Positions 41,066 to 52,037 are shown, counted from the first letter of the stretch. The stretch: 64,000 nt of DNA from Minisyncoccia bacterium (GCA_044228445.1 JBGAUV010000001.1:250495-314494); one strand, 5' to 3'. Made by a program: numbers and translations. Notes: a model not told the origin generated them from the letters alone.

Positions 41066-41984
41066 CATATCGTTTAAAGATATATGTCCAATATGTGGTG
41101 ATAAGCCAGAGTTTTATACTAAAGCTCAGGATTTGGAATATAGAAGTTCTGATACATTTTTTACATATTTAAAATGTAAGAATTGCAAGTCTATATTTAT
41201 AAGTAATCCACCAAGTGAAGAGCTCGATATAATTTATCCAAAAAATTATTATTCTTTTTCTGAAAAGAGTAATAGTTTTATATATAAGATAAAGGATAAG
41301 ATTGAGGTTTTAATGTTTAAGAAAATAACCAAAAACATTAAAGGGAATGAACTTTCTGTACTCGATGTTGGTGGTGGTACAGGTTGGCTTATAAATACTC
41401 TAAAAAAGGCTGATAATAGATTTATTGATTGCAATATAGTTGATATAGATGAAAAAGCTAAAAAGATAGCTCAAGATAAAGGATATAATTTTTATCTTGG
41501 AAGAATCGAAGATGTAAATTTTAATAAGAAATTTGATCTTATTTTAATGCTAAATCTCATTGAACATGTTGTAGATCCATTAATAATATTAAAAAAAGCA
41601 AAAGAATTATTAAAAGATAATGGACTAATACTTATAAAGACACCAAATGTATCAAGTTTAGATTCAATTTTATTTAAAAATAATAATTGGGGAGGATTAC
41701 ATACACCAAGACATTTTATTTTATTTAATGCAAAATCTTTTGAATTATTATCAAAAAAATCTGGTCTAAATATAGTTAGTTTGAAATATACTCAAGGTGC
41801 ACCACAATGGACAACAAGTATAATGGGTTTATTGTATAAATATAAAATAATAAAAATTGATAAAAATATATCAATGCCAGAACATCCTTTGTATAAATAT
41901 ATATCTATAGTTTTTGCAGGTTTTGATTTTATTATTTCAATTTTTGCAAAAACATCACAAATGTTTATTATTCTTTCAAAATAG
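41058..41984 (+). CDS. Class I SAM-dependent methyltransferase with N-terminal zinc ribbon
   Basis: CPICGD...CKNCKS; VLDVGGGTGWL. Confidence 0.7.
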   Translation: MSNISFKDICPICGDKPEFYTKAQDLEYRSSDTFFTYLKCKNCKSIFISNPPSEELDIIYPKNYYSFSEKSNSFIYKIKDKIEVLMFKKITKNIKGNELSVLDVGGGTGWLINTLKKADNRFIDCNIVDIDEKAKKIAQDKGYNFYLGRIEDVNFNKKFDLILMLNLIEHVVDPLIILKKAKELLKDNGLILIKTPNVSSLDSILFKNNNWGGLHTPRHFILFNAKSFELLSKKSGLNIVSLKYTQGAPQWTTSIMGLLYKYKIIKIDKNISMPEHPLYKYISIVFAGFDFIISIFAKTSQMFIILSK

Positions 41985-44283
41985 TTATATGAATAAATTT
42001 GCTAAAATTACTTTATTTTTATTACCTATAACTCTATTATTTTTAATTTTCTTTAAGATAATTTTTGAAAAGGGTTTCTTTATGAATGGTGATAGTGTAT
42101 TTGGATATTTCACTTATTTTTATTATTTTGTTCATGATGGTCCTTTAGTTAGTCAAAATCTTCTATTGGGTTTTCCAGTTTTTTCTTCAAATACAGGTAC
42201 TTGGTTTTATCCTATAAATACTTTATTTTTTAATCTTTTTGGTGATGTTTCTGGTTATGTAAACTTAGTCATTATTAATATTATATTAACCTATATATTT
42301 TCTTTTTTATTTTTTAAAAAACATACAAAGAGCTTTATTGCTTCAGTATTGTTTGGTTTAGTCTTTTTATTCAATGGACAAAATATGCTTTGGATAGAGA
42401 CACTGGGTAATACAAATTATTATTTTGTTTTACCTTTAATACTCTATCTTTATGAATTTATAAAAAATGATAATAAGTATAAATGGATATTTAGAATACT
42501 TATAGGTATTTTCTTAGGAACTATATGGTTATCAGGACATGTGCAATATGTACTATATATACATACGATATATGCAATTTATGCTCTATTTATAAATGGT
42601 TTTAATTATAAAAAATATAAGCAATACGTAGGTGATATAGTTTTACCAAATATAATTTCTTTTATATTAGGTTATAGTCAAATAATTTCTATACTTAATT
42701 TTAAACCAAATTCAATAAGAGAAAGTGGGGTAATGATAAGTGATGTATTTTCTGGAGCTTATGGTTTTAATGATTTAATACACTTTGTATTACCTTTTTT
42801 TAGAACACCAATACTTTCTTGGAGTAGTCCAAGTTTATATATAGGAATACTCCCATTTTTACTGCTTATAACCTCTATAATTGCAATTAAGAATAATTGG
42901 CAGGATAAACTATATAGGTTCTCTTTTTTCACCTTTCTATTCTGTTTCATAGCATCATTTAAATATTCACCTATAGCATATTTATTACACTATTTACCTT
43001 TATTTAATTCACTTAGAGAAGGACCAAGAATAATGTTTATTGGTTTTATGTTCGGTGCAATTCTTATAGTTAAGACTATTATTAATGTTGAAAATAAAGA
43101 CTTTGAATTAAACATTTTAAATAAAGTAAATAATATATTTGGAAAGATTTTTCTTTTAATAGTATTACCACTAGTATCTATTTTTTCAATAGGCTATGGT
43201 TTTTTCTTCAATAAAATTTCAGATCTTATAAATAATTATTTTATTAATAATATTTATAATTCATCATATAAACTATCAAAAGAACATTATATAAATGTAT
43301 TAAATCAATATATAAAAGAATTGAATATATTTACCATATTCAATTATCAAATTGTGGTTTTTATTGTATTCTCTTTATTAACTTATATCTTTATTAAGAA
43401 TATAAATAAAATCAGAAACAGAATATTACCTATATCAATAGTTTTTATCTCATTAAATATATTATTTGTTTATATGTTTAATTTTAAGTCTATTCCAAGA
43501 GAGGAAATGTTAAAATTACCAAGTACAGCACAGTTTATTAAAGATAATGGTGGCAATATGCCATATAGAGTTTATTCAGTATTTCCTGGATTAAGTTTAT
43601 ACAATAAATACTCTGTAAACTGTAAGAATCATAATGATAGCGATGCTTTCTATATACAAAAAGAAATGATGGCACCAAATATAAACATGATATATGGAAT
43701 AGATATTATTGATGGTTATGATAACTTTATCCCAAAGATCTTATCAGATAAGCTTGCATATATAGGATCCGAAAATTCATTTTCAAAGAATAATATAATA
43801 AATAAAGATACATCTATACAAGAAAAAATAATTGAAATTCAAAATAATAAGGATTTATTAAAATTGATGAATGTTAAATATATTATTTCAATGTATAAAT
43901 TTAATGATATTGATTTTAAATTAGTTAAAACAAATGAATTGCCTTGTAATAATGAACTATATATTTATGAATTAAAATCATATTTACCAAGATATTTTTA
44001 TACCGATTCAATTGATAATATTAAAAAAGGTATAAATATAAATGAAATTAATCCCGATTATAAAAAAGAAGAGACCGTATTCAATTTTACTAGTGAAAAA
44101 GATGGATATGTATTTATCGGTAATACATATTTACCTAGTTATGAAATTTATATAAATAGTAAAAAAGAAAAACCAAGTATATATGAAAATTTATTTATGA
44201 TAATACCAATTAAAAAAGGTGAAAATAAAATCATAATAAAATATCCAATAAATCACAGTATTTTGGATATATTTAAAAAATAA
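41914..44283 (+). CDS. Large polytopic membrane protein (YfhO/GT-C-like putative glycosyltransferase)
   Basis: 789 aa; many N-terminal TM helices; soluble C-terminal domain. Confidence 0.4.
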   Translation: MQVLILLFQFLQKHHKCLLFFQNSYMNKFAKITLFLLPITLLFLIFFKIIFEKGFFMNGDSVFGYFTYFYYFVHDGPLVSQNLLLGFPVFSSNTGTWFYPINTLFFNLFGDVSGYVNLVIINIILTYIFSFLFFKKHTKSFIASVLFGLVFLFNGQNMLWIETLGNTNYYFVLPLILYLYEFIKNDNKYKWIFRILIGIFLGTIWLSGHVQYVLYIHTIYAIYALFINGFNYKKYKQYVGDIVLPNIISFILGYSQIISILNFKPNSIRESGVMISDVFSGAYGFNDLIHFVLPFFRTPILSWSSPSLYIGILPFLLLITSIIAIKNNWQDKLYRFSFFTFLFCFIASFKYSPIAYLLHYLPLFNSLREGPRIMFIGFMFGAILIVKTIINVENKDFELNILNKVNNIFGKIFLLIVLPLVSIFSIGYGFFFNKISDLINNYFINNIYNSSYKLSKEHYINVLNQYIKELNIFTIFNYQIVVFIVFSLLTYIFIKNINKIRNRILPISIVFISLNILFVYMFNFKSIPREEMLKLPSTAQFIKDNGGNMPYRVYSVFPGLSLYNKYSVNCKNHNDSDAFYIQKEMMAPNINMIYGIDIIDGYDNFIPKILSDKLAYIGSENSFSKNNIINKDTSIQEKIIEIQNNKDLLKLMNVKYIISMYKFNDIDFKLVKTNELPCNNELYIYELKSYLPRYFYTDSIDNIKKGININEINPDYKKEETVFNFTSEKDGYVFIGNTYLPSYEIYINSKKEKPSIYENLFMIIPIKKGENKIIIKYPINHSILDIFKK

Positions 44284-44306
44284 GATTTTGTGCTATATTT
44301 TACTTA

Positions 44307-44954
44307 ATGACATATATATTTCAACCAGATAGATACCTACTTGTAGAGCAAATAAAGAAGAATTCACACTATATTAAAGGTAAGGTTTTGGATGTTGGTG
44401 CAGGACATTATTCTAGATATGAAAAGTTTTTTAAGGCTGAAAAATATATAAAAATGGATATTAACCATTCAGAGCATGTAGATATTGTAGGTAGTGTTGA
44501 TAATATCCCAATGGAAGATAATTCAGTCGATTCTATAGTTTGTACTCAAGTTTTTGAACATATTAGATATATCGATAAAAGTGCAAGTGAACTTTATAGA
44601 GTATTAAAAAAGGGAGGTCATGTAATATTAACTGTACCTCAATTGAATGAATTACATGAAGAGCCTCATGATTATTTTCGATATACAAAGTATGGTTTAA
44701 AAAGCGTTTTTGAAAACGTTGGTTTCAATATAGTAGAAATGGATCAAAGAGGAAGTTTCTTTTCTTCTACTGCTCAAATGATAATAAGGTTTTTATCAGA
44801 TTATTTTGATTTATATAATAGAAAAATCTTAGGTAAAATACTTGGTAAATTTATATATTTATTTGGTATGTTAAGTATCAAACTTGATAGTTTAGTAAAA
44901 CACAGTGCAAATAAAAAGCATGCAATAGGTTGGTGTTGTGTATTAAAGAAATAA
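44307..44954 (+). CDS. Class I SAM-dependent methyltransferase
   Basis: VLDVGAGHYSRY; EPHDYFRYT. Confidence 0.7.
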   Translation: MTYIFQPDRYLLVEQIKKNSHYIKGKVLDVGAGHYSRYEKFFKAEKYIKMDINHSEHVDIVGSVDNIPMEDNSVDSIVCTQVFEHIRYIDKSASELYRVLKKGGHVILTVPQLNELHEEPHDYFRYTKYGLKSVFENVGFNIVEMDQRGSFFSSTAQMIIRFLSDYFDLYNRKILGKILGKFIYLFGMLSIKLDSLVKHSANKKHAIGWCCVLKK

Positions 44955-44955
44955 T

Positions 44956-46125
44956 ATGAAAATATTAATACTATCTGATGATTTCCCCCCAAAAAGCTTC
45001 GGTGGAGCAGGAATTATAGCAAGTGTACAAGCACAAGAACTTCAAAAAAGAGGTCATGAAGTTAGGATTTTTACCATAACTGATGATGAAGATAAGATCG
45101 ATCCACGATTCAGATCATATTTAAGTTTATATAATATAAAAACTATAAAAAAGATTAGAAAAATCCTGAATGAATTTAAACCTGATATTGTTCATGCGCA
45201 CAATATTCATGAACATATATCATATGCTTCACTTTATTATGCAAAAAAGAGCGGAGCAAAAATCTTTATTACCTTGCATGATGCTATGAGTGTTTATTAC
45301 GGTAAAGTACCACAAAATTATATAAATACTGATAAACCTATTAGTTTAATAGATTGTTTTAAAACTTTTGGAATAAGAGTAAATCCTTTTAGAAATTTAA
45401 TAATTAGAAAATTATTTAATTATGCAGATAAAATATTTGTAGTTAGTGAGGCTCTAGGAAGATTTCTATCAAATAATGGAATAAAAAATACCATAGTAAT
45501 GCATAATGGTATAAATACAAATAATTGGAGAGTGCCAGATATTATTAAAAATGAATATAAAAAATCCTTAGGTATAAATAATGATACAAAGATAGTTATG
45601 ATTGCAGGTAGACTTAATAATATGAAAGGAGCTAAGGTTAGCTTAAAGGCTTTTGCTGAAGTGTTAAAGAAGTATAGGAATGTAGTTCTACTTATAGTTG
45701 GTAATAAACCTGAACAAAATAATGAGTTTAATTCAATAATTAATCAATTAAATATAGTCGATAAAGTAATATTTACTGGTTGGGTGAGATATGAAAATAT
45801 GCCAACAGTATATTCTATATCTGATATCGTCATTGTGCCTTCGTTATACTTGGATCCATTTCCAACGATTAACCTTGAAGCAATGGCTAGTAAAAAGCCT
45901 GTAATTGGTACAAAGTTTGGTGGTACTCCAGAAATAATTAAAAATGGTAATAATGGTTATATTATTGATCCAAATAATATTGAGCAATTTAAAAATAAAA
46001 TACTAGATTTATTAAATGATGAACAATTAACAATAAACATGGGTAAAAGAGGGTATGATATTGTTAATGATGAATTTAATTTAGATAAAAAGATTGACTA
46101 TCTTATATCATGTTATAATCATTAA
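44956..46125 (+). CDS. Glycosyltransferase family 4
   Basis: EAMASKKPVIGTKFGGTPEII. Confidence 0.8.
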   Translation: MKILILSDDFPPKSFGGAGIIASVQAQELQKRGHEVRIFTITDDEDKIDPRFRSYLSLYNIKTIKKIRKILNEFKPDIVHAHNIHEHISYASLYYAKKSGAKIFITLHDAMSVYYGKVPQNYINTDKPISLIDCFKTFGIRVNPFRNLIIRKLFNYADKIFVVSEALGRFLSNNGIKNTIVMHNGINTNNWRVPDIIKNEYKKSLGINNDTKIVMIAGRLNNMKGAKVSLKAFAEVLKKYRNVVLLIVGNKPEQNNEFNSIINQLNIVDKVIFTGWVRYENMPTVYSISDIVIVPSLYLDPFPTINLEAMASKKPVIGTKFGGTPEIIKNGNNGYIIDPNNIEQFKNKILDLLNDEQLTINMGKRGYDIVNDEFNLDKKIDYLISCYNH

Positions 46126-46131
46126 AATAAA

Positions 46132-46887
46132 ATGACAAACGATATAAAACATAAAAATACCATTGTTGATTATTATAATAAAGAGAGTACTCAATATTCA
46201 AAAAAGAGATATGAGGGTAGTCTAAATACATATACCCAATATCTTTTTAGAAAAAGAATGAATATATATTTTAACTATATATTTTATGTTAAAAATGCAT
46301 TAAAACACCCAATTGACTTATTTGATATAGGTTGTGCTGATGGTGTAGTTTTATTTAATACTGAAGATAAATTTAGTGATTTTATAAAGTCATTTGATGC
46401 AGTCGATGTTTCAAGTTCTATGGTTGATATTGCAAATAAAAATAAAATAAATAATAAATTTAATTTTTATTTACGTGGTCAAGAACCAGATAAAAAATAT
46501 GACTTGGTTACTGAACTAGGTGTACATATATCTGATCCAGATTCAGAATATAAATACGTTAAAAATAAATTAAATAATAGTAATTCTTTTTATATATTTT
46601 CAGTTTCAAGTAAAAATTCTCTACATACAATATTTAAATTAAAGAATGATCCAAAAGCAAAACACTATACAGATTTAAAAACATTTAAACAGACTGAAGT
46701 TATATTAAATAGACATTTTAAAATTATAAAGAAGACACCATACGGTTTATTTATACCAAAACTATGGTCAATATCTATTTTGGGTTCATTATTTCAACCT
46801 ATAATTGATACTGTATTTAGTTTTATTACACCTAGTTTATTTCACGAGACTATATACCTTGTTTCTCCTTTGGATAAAAAAGAATAG
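46132..46887 (+). CDS. Methyltransferase-like protein
   Basis: LFDIGCADGVVL motif I-like. Confidence 0.5.
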   Translation: MTNDIKHKNTIVDYYNKESTQYSKKRYEGSLNTYTQYLFRKRMNIYFNYIFYVKNALKHPIDLFDIGCADGVVLFNTEDKFSDFIKSFDAVDVSSSMVDIANKNKINNKFNFYLRGQEPDKKYDLVTELGVHISDPDSEYKYVKNKLNNSNSFYIFSVSSKNSLHTIFKLKNDPKAKHYTDLKTFKQTEVILNRHFKIIKKTPYGLFIPKLWSISILGSLFQPIIDTVFSFITPSLFHETIYLVSPLDKKE

Positions 46888-48108
46888 ATTGACTAAAAGC
46901 ATAAAGGTCCAAGATATTCCATTTTCAATAACAGCACCGAGTATTCCTAGTTTTGGGATCAAAATTAAACCAAATATTATAGTAGCAACATTACCAATAA
47001 TATTTAGCATATAAAGTGTCTTTGTATCTTTTATTATTTGGAAATAAGTAGCAAATAAAGATATTCCAGGGAAAGTTATAAGGCCTAGCATGTATATTTG
47101 TGAATAGAATATTGATTCCATATATTTTGGGAAAAATATCTTATAAATATATGGAGAAACAAAGTAATAAGCAATAACTATTAGAAATGATATTGCAGTA
47201 AGTCTAATTATTTTATCTGTTATACTTTTTCTTAATTTTATTTCTTCAAGTTCAGCAAACTTGGGAAAACCAATATTAAATATATTTTTAAAAAACGATC
47301 TAGCCTGCTCAGGTATAGCATTTGCAAAAGAATATACAGCAAGTGGAGCAGAACCTATAAAATGAAATAATAATATTTTATCTACTTGATTTGCTATAGT
47401 ACCTATAAAACCCATAATACTTAAATGATGTCCGTATTTTATCATTGAGCTATCATTTGTATTTGGATCAGGTTTATATAGTCTTATTACTCTAATATAG
47501 AAAATTATTGATAATATAAATGTACTACCGAAATAAGCTCCAATTAAAAGAATTATATTTGGATTGTATATCGCAACAATACTTATTGTTATTACATTGA
47601 TTAATTGAGTAATTATCCAATATATTGTACTTCTTTTAAAATCTTTCATTCCAGAAAGAAAAGCTCCATATAAACTAAAACTATTTGTAATAGGTAAGGT
47701 TAAACTAACTATTATAAAAGCAATTGCAAAATTTATATGATCATTTAAAAAATAGTATAGGGAAGCACCTAGTGATACTATACTCAATAAACTTCCCCAT
47801 ATTAATTGAGTTTTAAAAGATTCGTATACCGTTCCATTATTTCCTTTTGCTACTGCTTGAGTTAGACTCGAACCGAGTCCAGATAAAGATAATCCACCAA
47901 TTATTCCTGCTAAAGATAGTATAAATTTATAATCACCATAAAGTTCTTGTGATATTGTTCTTGCCAATACAATAGACAAAAATAGAGATGATAAAACTGC
48001 AATACCTTGACCAATAGTCATCCAGAAACTTCCTTTGGCAATGTATACCATATCAGTTTTTAGGTATTTTTCGCTAAAACGCAAAAACCTATAAATGACC
48101 TGTTTCAT
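46837..48108 (-). CDS. Oligosaccharide flippase (Wzx-like, MOP superfamily)
   Basis: 423 aa with about 12 TM helices; polysaccharide-biosynthesis-protein pattern; lies convergent to the cluster. Confidence 0.6.
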   Translation of the reverse strand: MKQVIYRFLRFSEKYLKTDMVYIAKGSFWMTIGQGIAVLSSLFLSIVLARTISQELYGDYKFILSLAGIIGGLSLSGLGSSLTQAVAKGNNGTVYESFKTQLIWGSLLSIVSLGASLYYFLNDHINFAIAFIIVSLTLPITNSFSLYGAFLSGMKDFKRSTIYWIITQLINVITISIVAIYNPNIILLIGAYFGSTFILSIIFYIRVIRLYKPDPNTNDSSMIKYGHHLSIMGFIGTIANQVDKILLFHFIGSAPLAVYSFANAIPEQARSFFKNIFNIGFPKFAELEEIKLRKSITDKIIRLTAISFLIVIAYYFVSPYIYKIFFPKYMESIFYSQIYMLGLITFPGISLFATYFQIIKDTKTLYMLNIIGNVATIIFGLILIPKLGILGAVIENGISWTFMLLVNLFFFIQRRNKVYSLVK

Positions 48109-48173
48109 ATAGACAAATCTACCATAATATTTGGTTTTTTACACTACATAATATTTTTACTTTATGCTATAGT

Positions 48174-50411
48174 TTGGCCACTATGAATTCAAAAACATTA
48201 GAGAGTATTTATAAATATATTACATTAACGGGTTTATTTGCTGTATTATTTCTGCCACTTTATATAGAAAATAGCTTTTTCTTTCCATTTATAACAGGTA
48301 AGGGTTTCGCTTTCAGAATAATTGTTGAAATAATATTTGCTTCATGGATATTATTATTTCTAAGAAACAATACTTATTTACCAAAATGGTCTAGTATACA
48401 AGTCTGTTTTACAATATTTACTGTTGTATTACTTATTGCAGATATATTAGGTGTAAGCTTTCTAAGAAGTTTTTGGTCAAACTTTGAACGTATGGATGGT
48501 TGGTTGACCTTAGTACATCTTTGGGGTTACTTTATGGTTTTGAGTTCAATGTTCTCTGTTAGAGAAGGAGATAGAAGAATGTGGAATAATTATTTTAATG
48601 TAAGTCTTTTTGTTGCTGGTATAGTAGGTATATATGGTTTTTCTCAATTATTTGGCTTTGCAAAAATTCACCAAGGTTCAGCTCGTATAGATGCTTCACT
48701 AGGAAATGCTATATATCTAGCTGTCTATATGATGTTCAATTCTCTTTTAGCTATTTATATGGCTTTTGATTCAGCAGAGAAGAAAAATAATGATACATCT
48801 CTATATGCTGTATCTCTATATAGTATATTAGCTATAGTATTTGCTTTCTTAATGTTTGAAACATCAACTAGAGGAGTTGTTCTAGGATATATTTTGGGAA
48901 TAATAGTTGGTCTTATTATGCTTGCAATATCAGGTAAGAATAAACAAACTAAGTTAATTTCAGTTGCATTAATTGCATCTATACTTATTGTTGGAGGAAT
49001 ATTCTGGTCAATTAAAGATACAAAGTTTGTGCAAAACAATCCAAATCTAAAACGTTTTGCTGAAATATCATTAAGCGATACAAAGACTCAAGCTAGAGGA
49101 TATATATGGCCAATGGCTGTAAAAGGTGTATTTAGTACGCCAAAAACATCAATAATCGGTTGGGGTCAAGAAAACTTTAACTATATATTCAATGCAAACT
49201 ATAACCCTGAAATGTGGAGACATGAACAATGGTTCGATAGAGCACACAATACTTATTTAGATTGGTTAGTTGCAGGTGGGGTAATAGGATTACTAGCATA
49301 TTTATCAATATTTATATTCACTCTAGTATCAATAGCTAAGAGTAATTTAAATATAAATGAAAAAGCTGTAATTGTAGCAATACTTATTGGTTATAGTGTC
49401 CAAAGTATATTTACTTTCGATAACCTTATAAGCTATATGTATTTATACATAGTTCTAGGTTTCATATCTGGTATTAGATCAAGTAAGGAACATGTTTGGA
49501 TAAAAAAGATAACTCTTCATAATTCAAAAAATTATCATATATATAGAGATTATTTCTATACTCCTGTAATTGCCATTGCTTTCATAGTTGTAATGTTCAG
49601 TGTAAATATTCGTCCAATACAAGCTAATACAAGTCTTATAGATGCTATGATTACATGTTCAGGAGGAAATCAACTACCTTCAGTTTCTGCTTTCCAGAAA
49701 GTTGTGGACTATGATAAATATATGGCAAGTCAAGAGGCTAGAGAACAGACTTTATCTTGTGCAACAAACGTCATAAATAGTGGTTTACCTCAAAATTTAA
49801 AGGTAGATTTTGCAAACCTTGCTGGAAGTCAAATTGATGCACAAATGAATGTAACACCAAATGATGCGAGAATATATTACCTAGGCGGAGTATTCATGAA
49901 CAATGCTGGTAGCTATAGTGCAGGAAAATTATTATTGGAAAAAGCAAATACACTATCTCCAAATAAACAATCTATAATACTTGAACTAGCTACAAATTAT
50001 GTAAACACAGGTGATGTAAAGGGCGCACTTGAAATAATAAAGAAAGCATATGAAGGTACACCAGATAATGATAATGTTAGATCTGCATATATGTCTTTAT
50101 TGATTTTAAATGGTGAAGAGTCAAAACTTAAAACTATATTTAAGGATAAATATGAAAATACATACTATGATGAAAAAATAGTTGGTGTATATATGAATAA
50201 AAAGCAATACAATAAAGCTATAGAAATATATAATTATCTAATAGGTAAGTATCCAAGTATGAGTAAATACTATCTTGGCATAGCTGGAGTTTATTATTCA
50301 AGTGGTGATAAATATAGTGCTATAAATGAATTAAAAATAGTTGGTGATAAATTCCCTGAGCTAAAAAAGCAAACAGAGGACGCTATAAAAGAAGTACAAA
50401 AAGTAAAATAG
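48174..50411 (+). CDS. O-antigen ligase/polymerase-like (Wzy_C) membrane domain fused to C-terminal TPR repeats
   Basis: About 11 TM helices with a large periplasmic loop; C-terminal 250 aa of TPR-like repeats. Confidence 0.6.
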   Translation: MATMNSKTLESIYKYITLTGLFAVLFLPLYIENSFFFPFITGKGFAFRIIVEIIFASWILLFLRNNTYLPKWSSIQVCFTIFTVVLLIADILGVSFLRSFWSNFERMDGWLTLVHLWGYFMVLSSMFSVREGDRRMWNNYFNVSLFVAGIVGIYGFSQLFGFAKIHQGSARIDASLGNAIYLAVYMMFNSLLAIYMAFDSAEKKNNDTSLYAVSLYSILAIVFAFLMFETSTRGVVLGYILGIIVGLIMLAISGKNKQTKLISVALIASILIVGGIFWSIKDTKFVQNNPNLKRFAEISLSDTKTQARGYIWPMAVKGVFSTPKTSIIGWGQENFNYIFNANYNPEMWRHEQWFDRAHNTYLDWLVAGGVIGLLAYLSIFIFTLVSIAKSNLNINEKAVIVAILIGYSVQSIFTFDNLISYMYLYIVLGFISGIRSSKEHVWIKKITLHNSKNYHIYRDYFYTPVIAIAFIVVMFSVNIRPIQANTSLIDAMITCSGGNQLPSVSAFQKVVDYDKYMASQEAREQTLSCATNVINSGLPQNLKVDFANLAGSQIDAQMNVTPNDARIYYLGGVFMNNAGSYSAGKLLLEKANTLSPNKQSIILELATNYVNTGDVKGALEIIKKAYEGTPDNDNVRSAYMSLLILNGEESKLKTIFKDKYENTYYDEKIVGVYMNKKQYNKAIEIYNYLIGKYPSMSKYYLGIAGVYYSSGDKYSAINELKIVGDKFPELKKQTEDAIKEVQKVK

Positions 50412-50441
50412 TTGCAATAGAAATATTGTTTGGTGTATAAT
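50412..50441 (+). promoter_or_regulatory. Strong sigma70-like promoter TTGCAA-N18-TATAAT in the intergenic region
   Basis: ttgcaatagaaatattgtttggtgtataat. Confidence 0.4.
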
Positions 50442-50575
50442 ATCTTGGTGTGAGTATCACAATTGTGTTGGTACTTTCCAAATAATATGTCTACGAAAGC
50501 TCCTGCCTTGGCAGGATTTTTCGTTGCATAAAATCAATAAATGTTGTATAAATATAGTCGAAAAATAGTACACAT

Positions 50576-50782
50576 ATGGCGAAAAAAACGAAAAACGGCG
50601 CAGGTCCTAGAAGTCGGCTTGCTGAAACCAATATTCTACTTAAACAAAACCTCAACACATCTCCAGTAATGAAATATGGAAAGAATGGGGTTCCATTATC
50701 TAGAAATGGAACCCGTATCATTTCTTTCTCTGATAGGGAAAAGGTTGCACCACCTGACCCAAAAGGATGTCCGGTTGAGTAG
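50576..50782 (+). CDS. Hypothetical 68-aa basic protein; could instead be a non-coding transcript
   Basis: ORF with GC-richer composition and no SD, flanked by a promoter-like element and the terminator at 50802. Confidence 0.25.
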   Translation: MAKKTKNGAGPRSRLAETNILLKQNLNTSPVMKYGKNGVPLSRNGTRIISFSDREKVAPPDPKGCPVE

Positions 50783-50801
50783 ATGGAAGTTTTAACAAAG
50801 C

Positions 50802-50829
50802 ACGAGGGAAATTCCCTCGGCTTTTTTTA
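50802..50829 (+). terminator. Rho-independent terminator
   Basis: acgagggaaattccctcggcttttttt. Confidence 0.55.
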
Positions 50830-50992
50830 TTTTAAAGTTATTAACATTTCAAAAACTATAAATTATGCTAAAATAATTCCGGATTGTTCCAAATGCTGGT
50901 GGTGGCTGTACTCACATATTAATTAGACATTATATTTGGAGCTAACACCCATCACCAACATTTGGCGCAATCCCTAACATACACTTTTAAAA

Positions 50993-52021
50993 GTGAATAT
51001 AATTTCTGGTCTCAGTTTGAATAATTTGACAACTTTTCGTATCGGGGGCAAAGCCCGATTTTTTTGTATTATAAATAATATAAATGATGTTAAGGAGGGT
51101 ATAGATTTTGCAAAAAATAATAATTTAGATATTTTTATACTTGGTGGTGGTTCAAATATCTTAGTTTCTGATCAAGGTTTTGATGGTTTGGTAATGAAAA
51201 TGGAAATAAAAGGTATTGAACTAAACATAATTGATGAACAAGAAGTAATTGTTAAGGCTTATGCAGGGGAAAATTGGGATGATTTAGTAAAATATACAGT
51301 TGATAAAAATTTAAGAGGTTTAGAAAATTTATCATATATACCTGGAACAGTTGGTGCTAGCCCTATCCAAAATATAGGTGCTTATGGTAGTGAAGTAAAA
51401 GATAGTATCGATTTCGTTGAAGTATATGATATAGAAAATGATAAAATTTTAAAATTAAATAATTCTGATTGTGATTTTTCATATAGAAACAGCATATTTA
51501 AAAAGCAAAAAGGTAAGTATATTGTGATCTCAGTAGGATTTTTATTACATAGAGATAATAAATTTAATATTGAGTATAAGGACTTGAAGGATTATTTTTT
51601 AAAAAATAATGTAGGTATGTTAACAGTACAAAAGATTAGAGATGCTGTTGTTGATATTAGGAAAAATAAATTACCAGATATTAAAGATATAGGTACAGCA
51701 GGATCATATTTTAAAAATCCAATTGTAAGTATCGATAAAGCTCAAAGTTTAAAGAATAAATGGAGTGATTTACCGATCTATCCATATACATATGATAAAG
51801 TAAAACTGTCTCTAGCTTGGATAATTGATAAAGTTTGTGGTTTTAAAGGTGTATCTAGAGGTAATGTTGGAACATATAAGAATCAAGCTTTAGTGATTGT
51901 AAATAATGGTAATGCTAGCGCAAAACAAGTGTACGAATTTGCAAATGAAATAACAAAAGCAGTTAAAGAAAAAACCGATATAAATATTGAAACAGAAGTG
52001 GAATGGGTTGGAAAATTATGA
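50993..52021 (+). CDS. murB: UDP-N-acetylenolpyruvoylglucosamine reductase (GTG start)
   Basis: TFRIGG, ILGGGSNIL and C-terminal MurB domain pattern. Confidence 0.8.
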   Translation: MNIISGLSLNNLTTFRIGGKARFFCIINNINDVKEGIDFAKNNNLDIFILGGGSNILVSDQGFDGLVMKMEIKGIELNIIDEQEVIVKAYAGENWDDLVKYTVDKNLRGLENLSYIPGTVGASPIQNIGAYGSEVKDSIDFVEVYDIENDKILKLNNSDCDFSYRNSIFKKQKGKYIVISVGFLLHRDNKFNIEYKDLKDYFLKNNVGMLTVQKIRDAVVDIRKNKLPDIKDIGTAGSYFKNPIVSIDKAQSLKNKWSDLPIYPYTYDKVKLSLAWIIDKVCGFKGVSRGNVGTYKNQALVIVNNGNASAKQVYEFANEITKAVKEKTDINIETEVEWVGKL

Positions 52022-52037
52022 TATAGTGGCCTGACAT

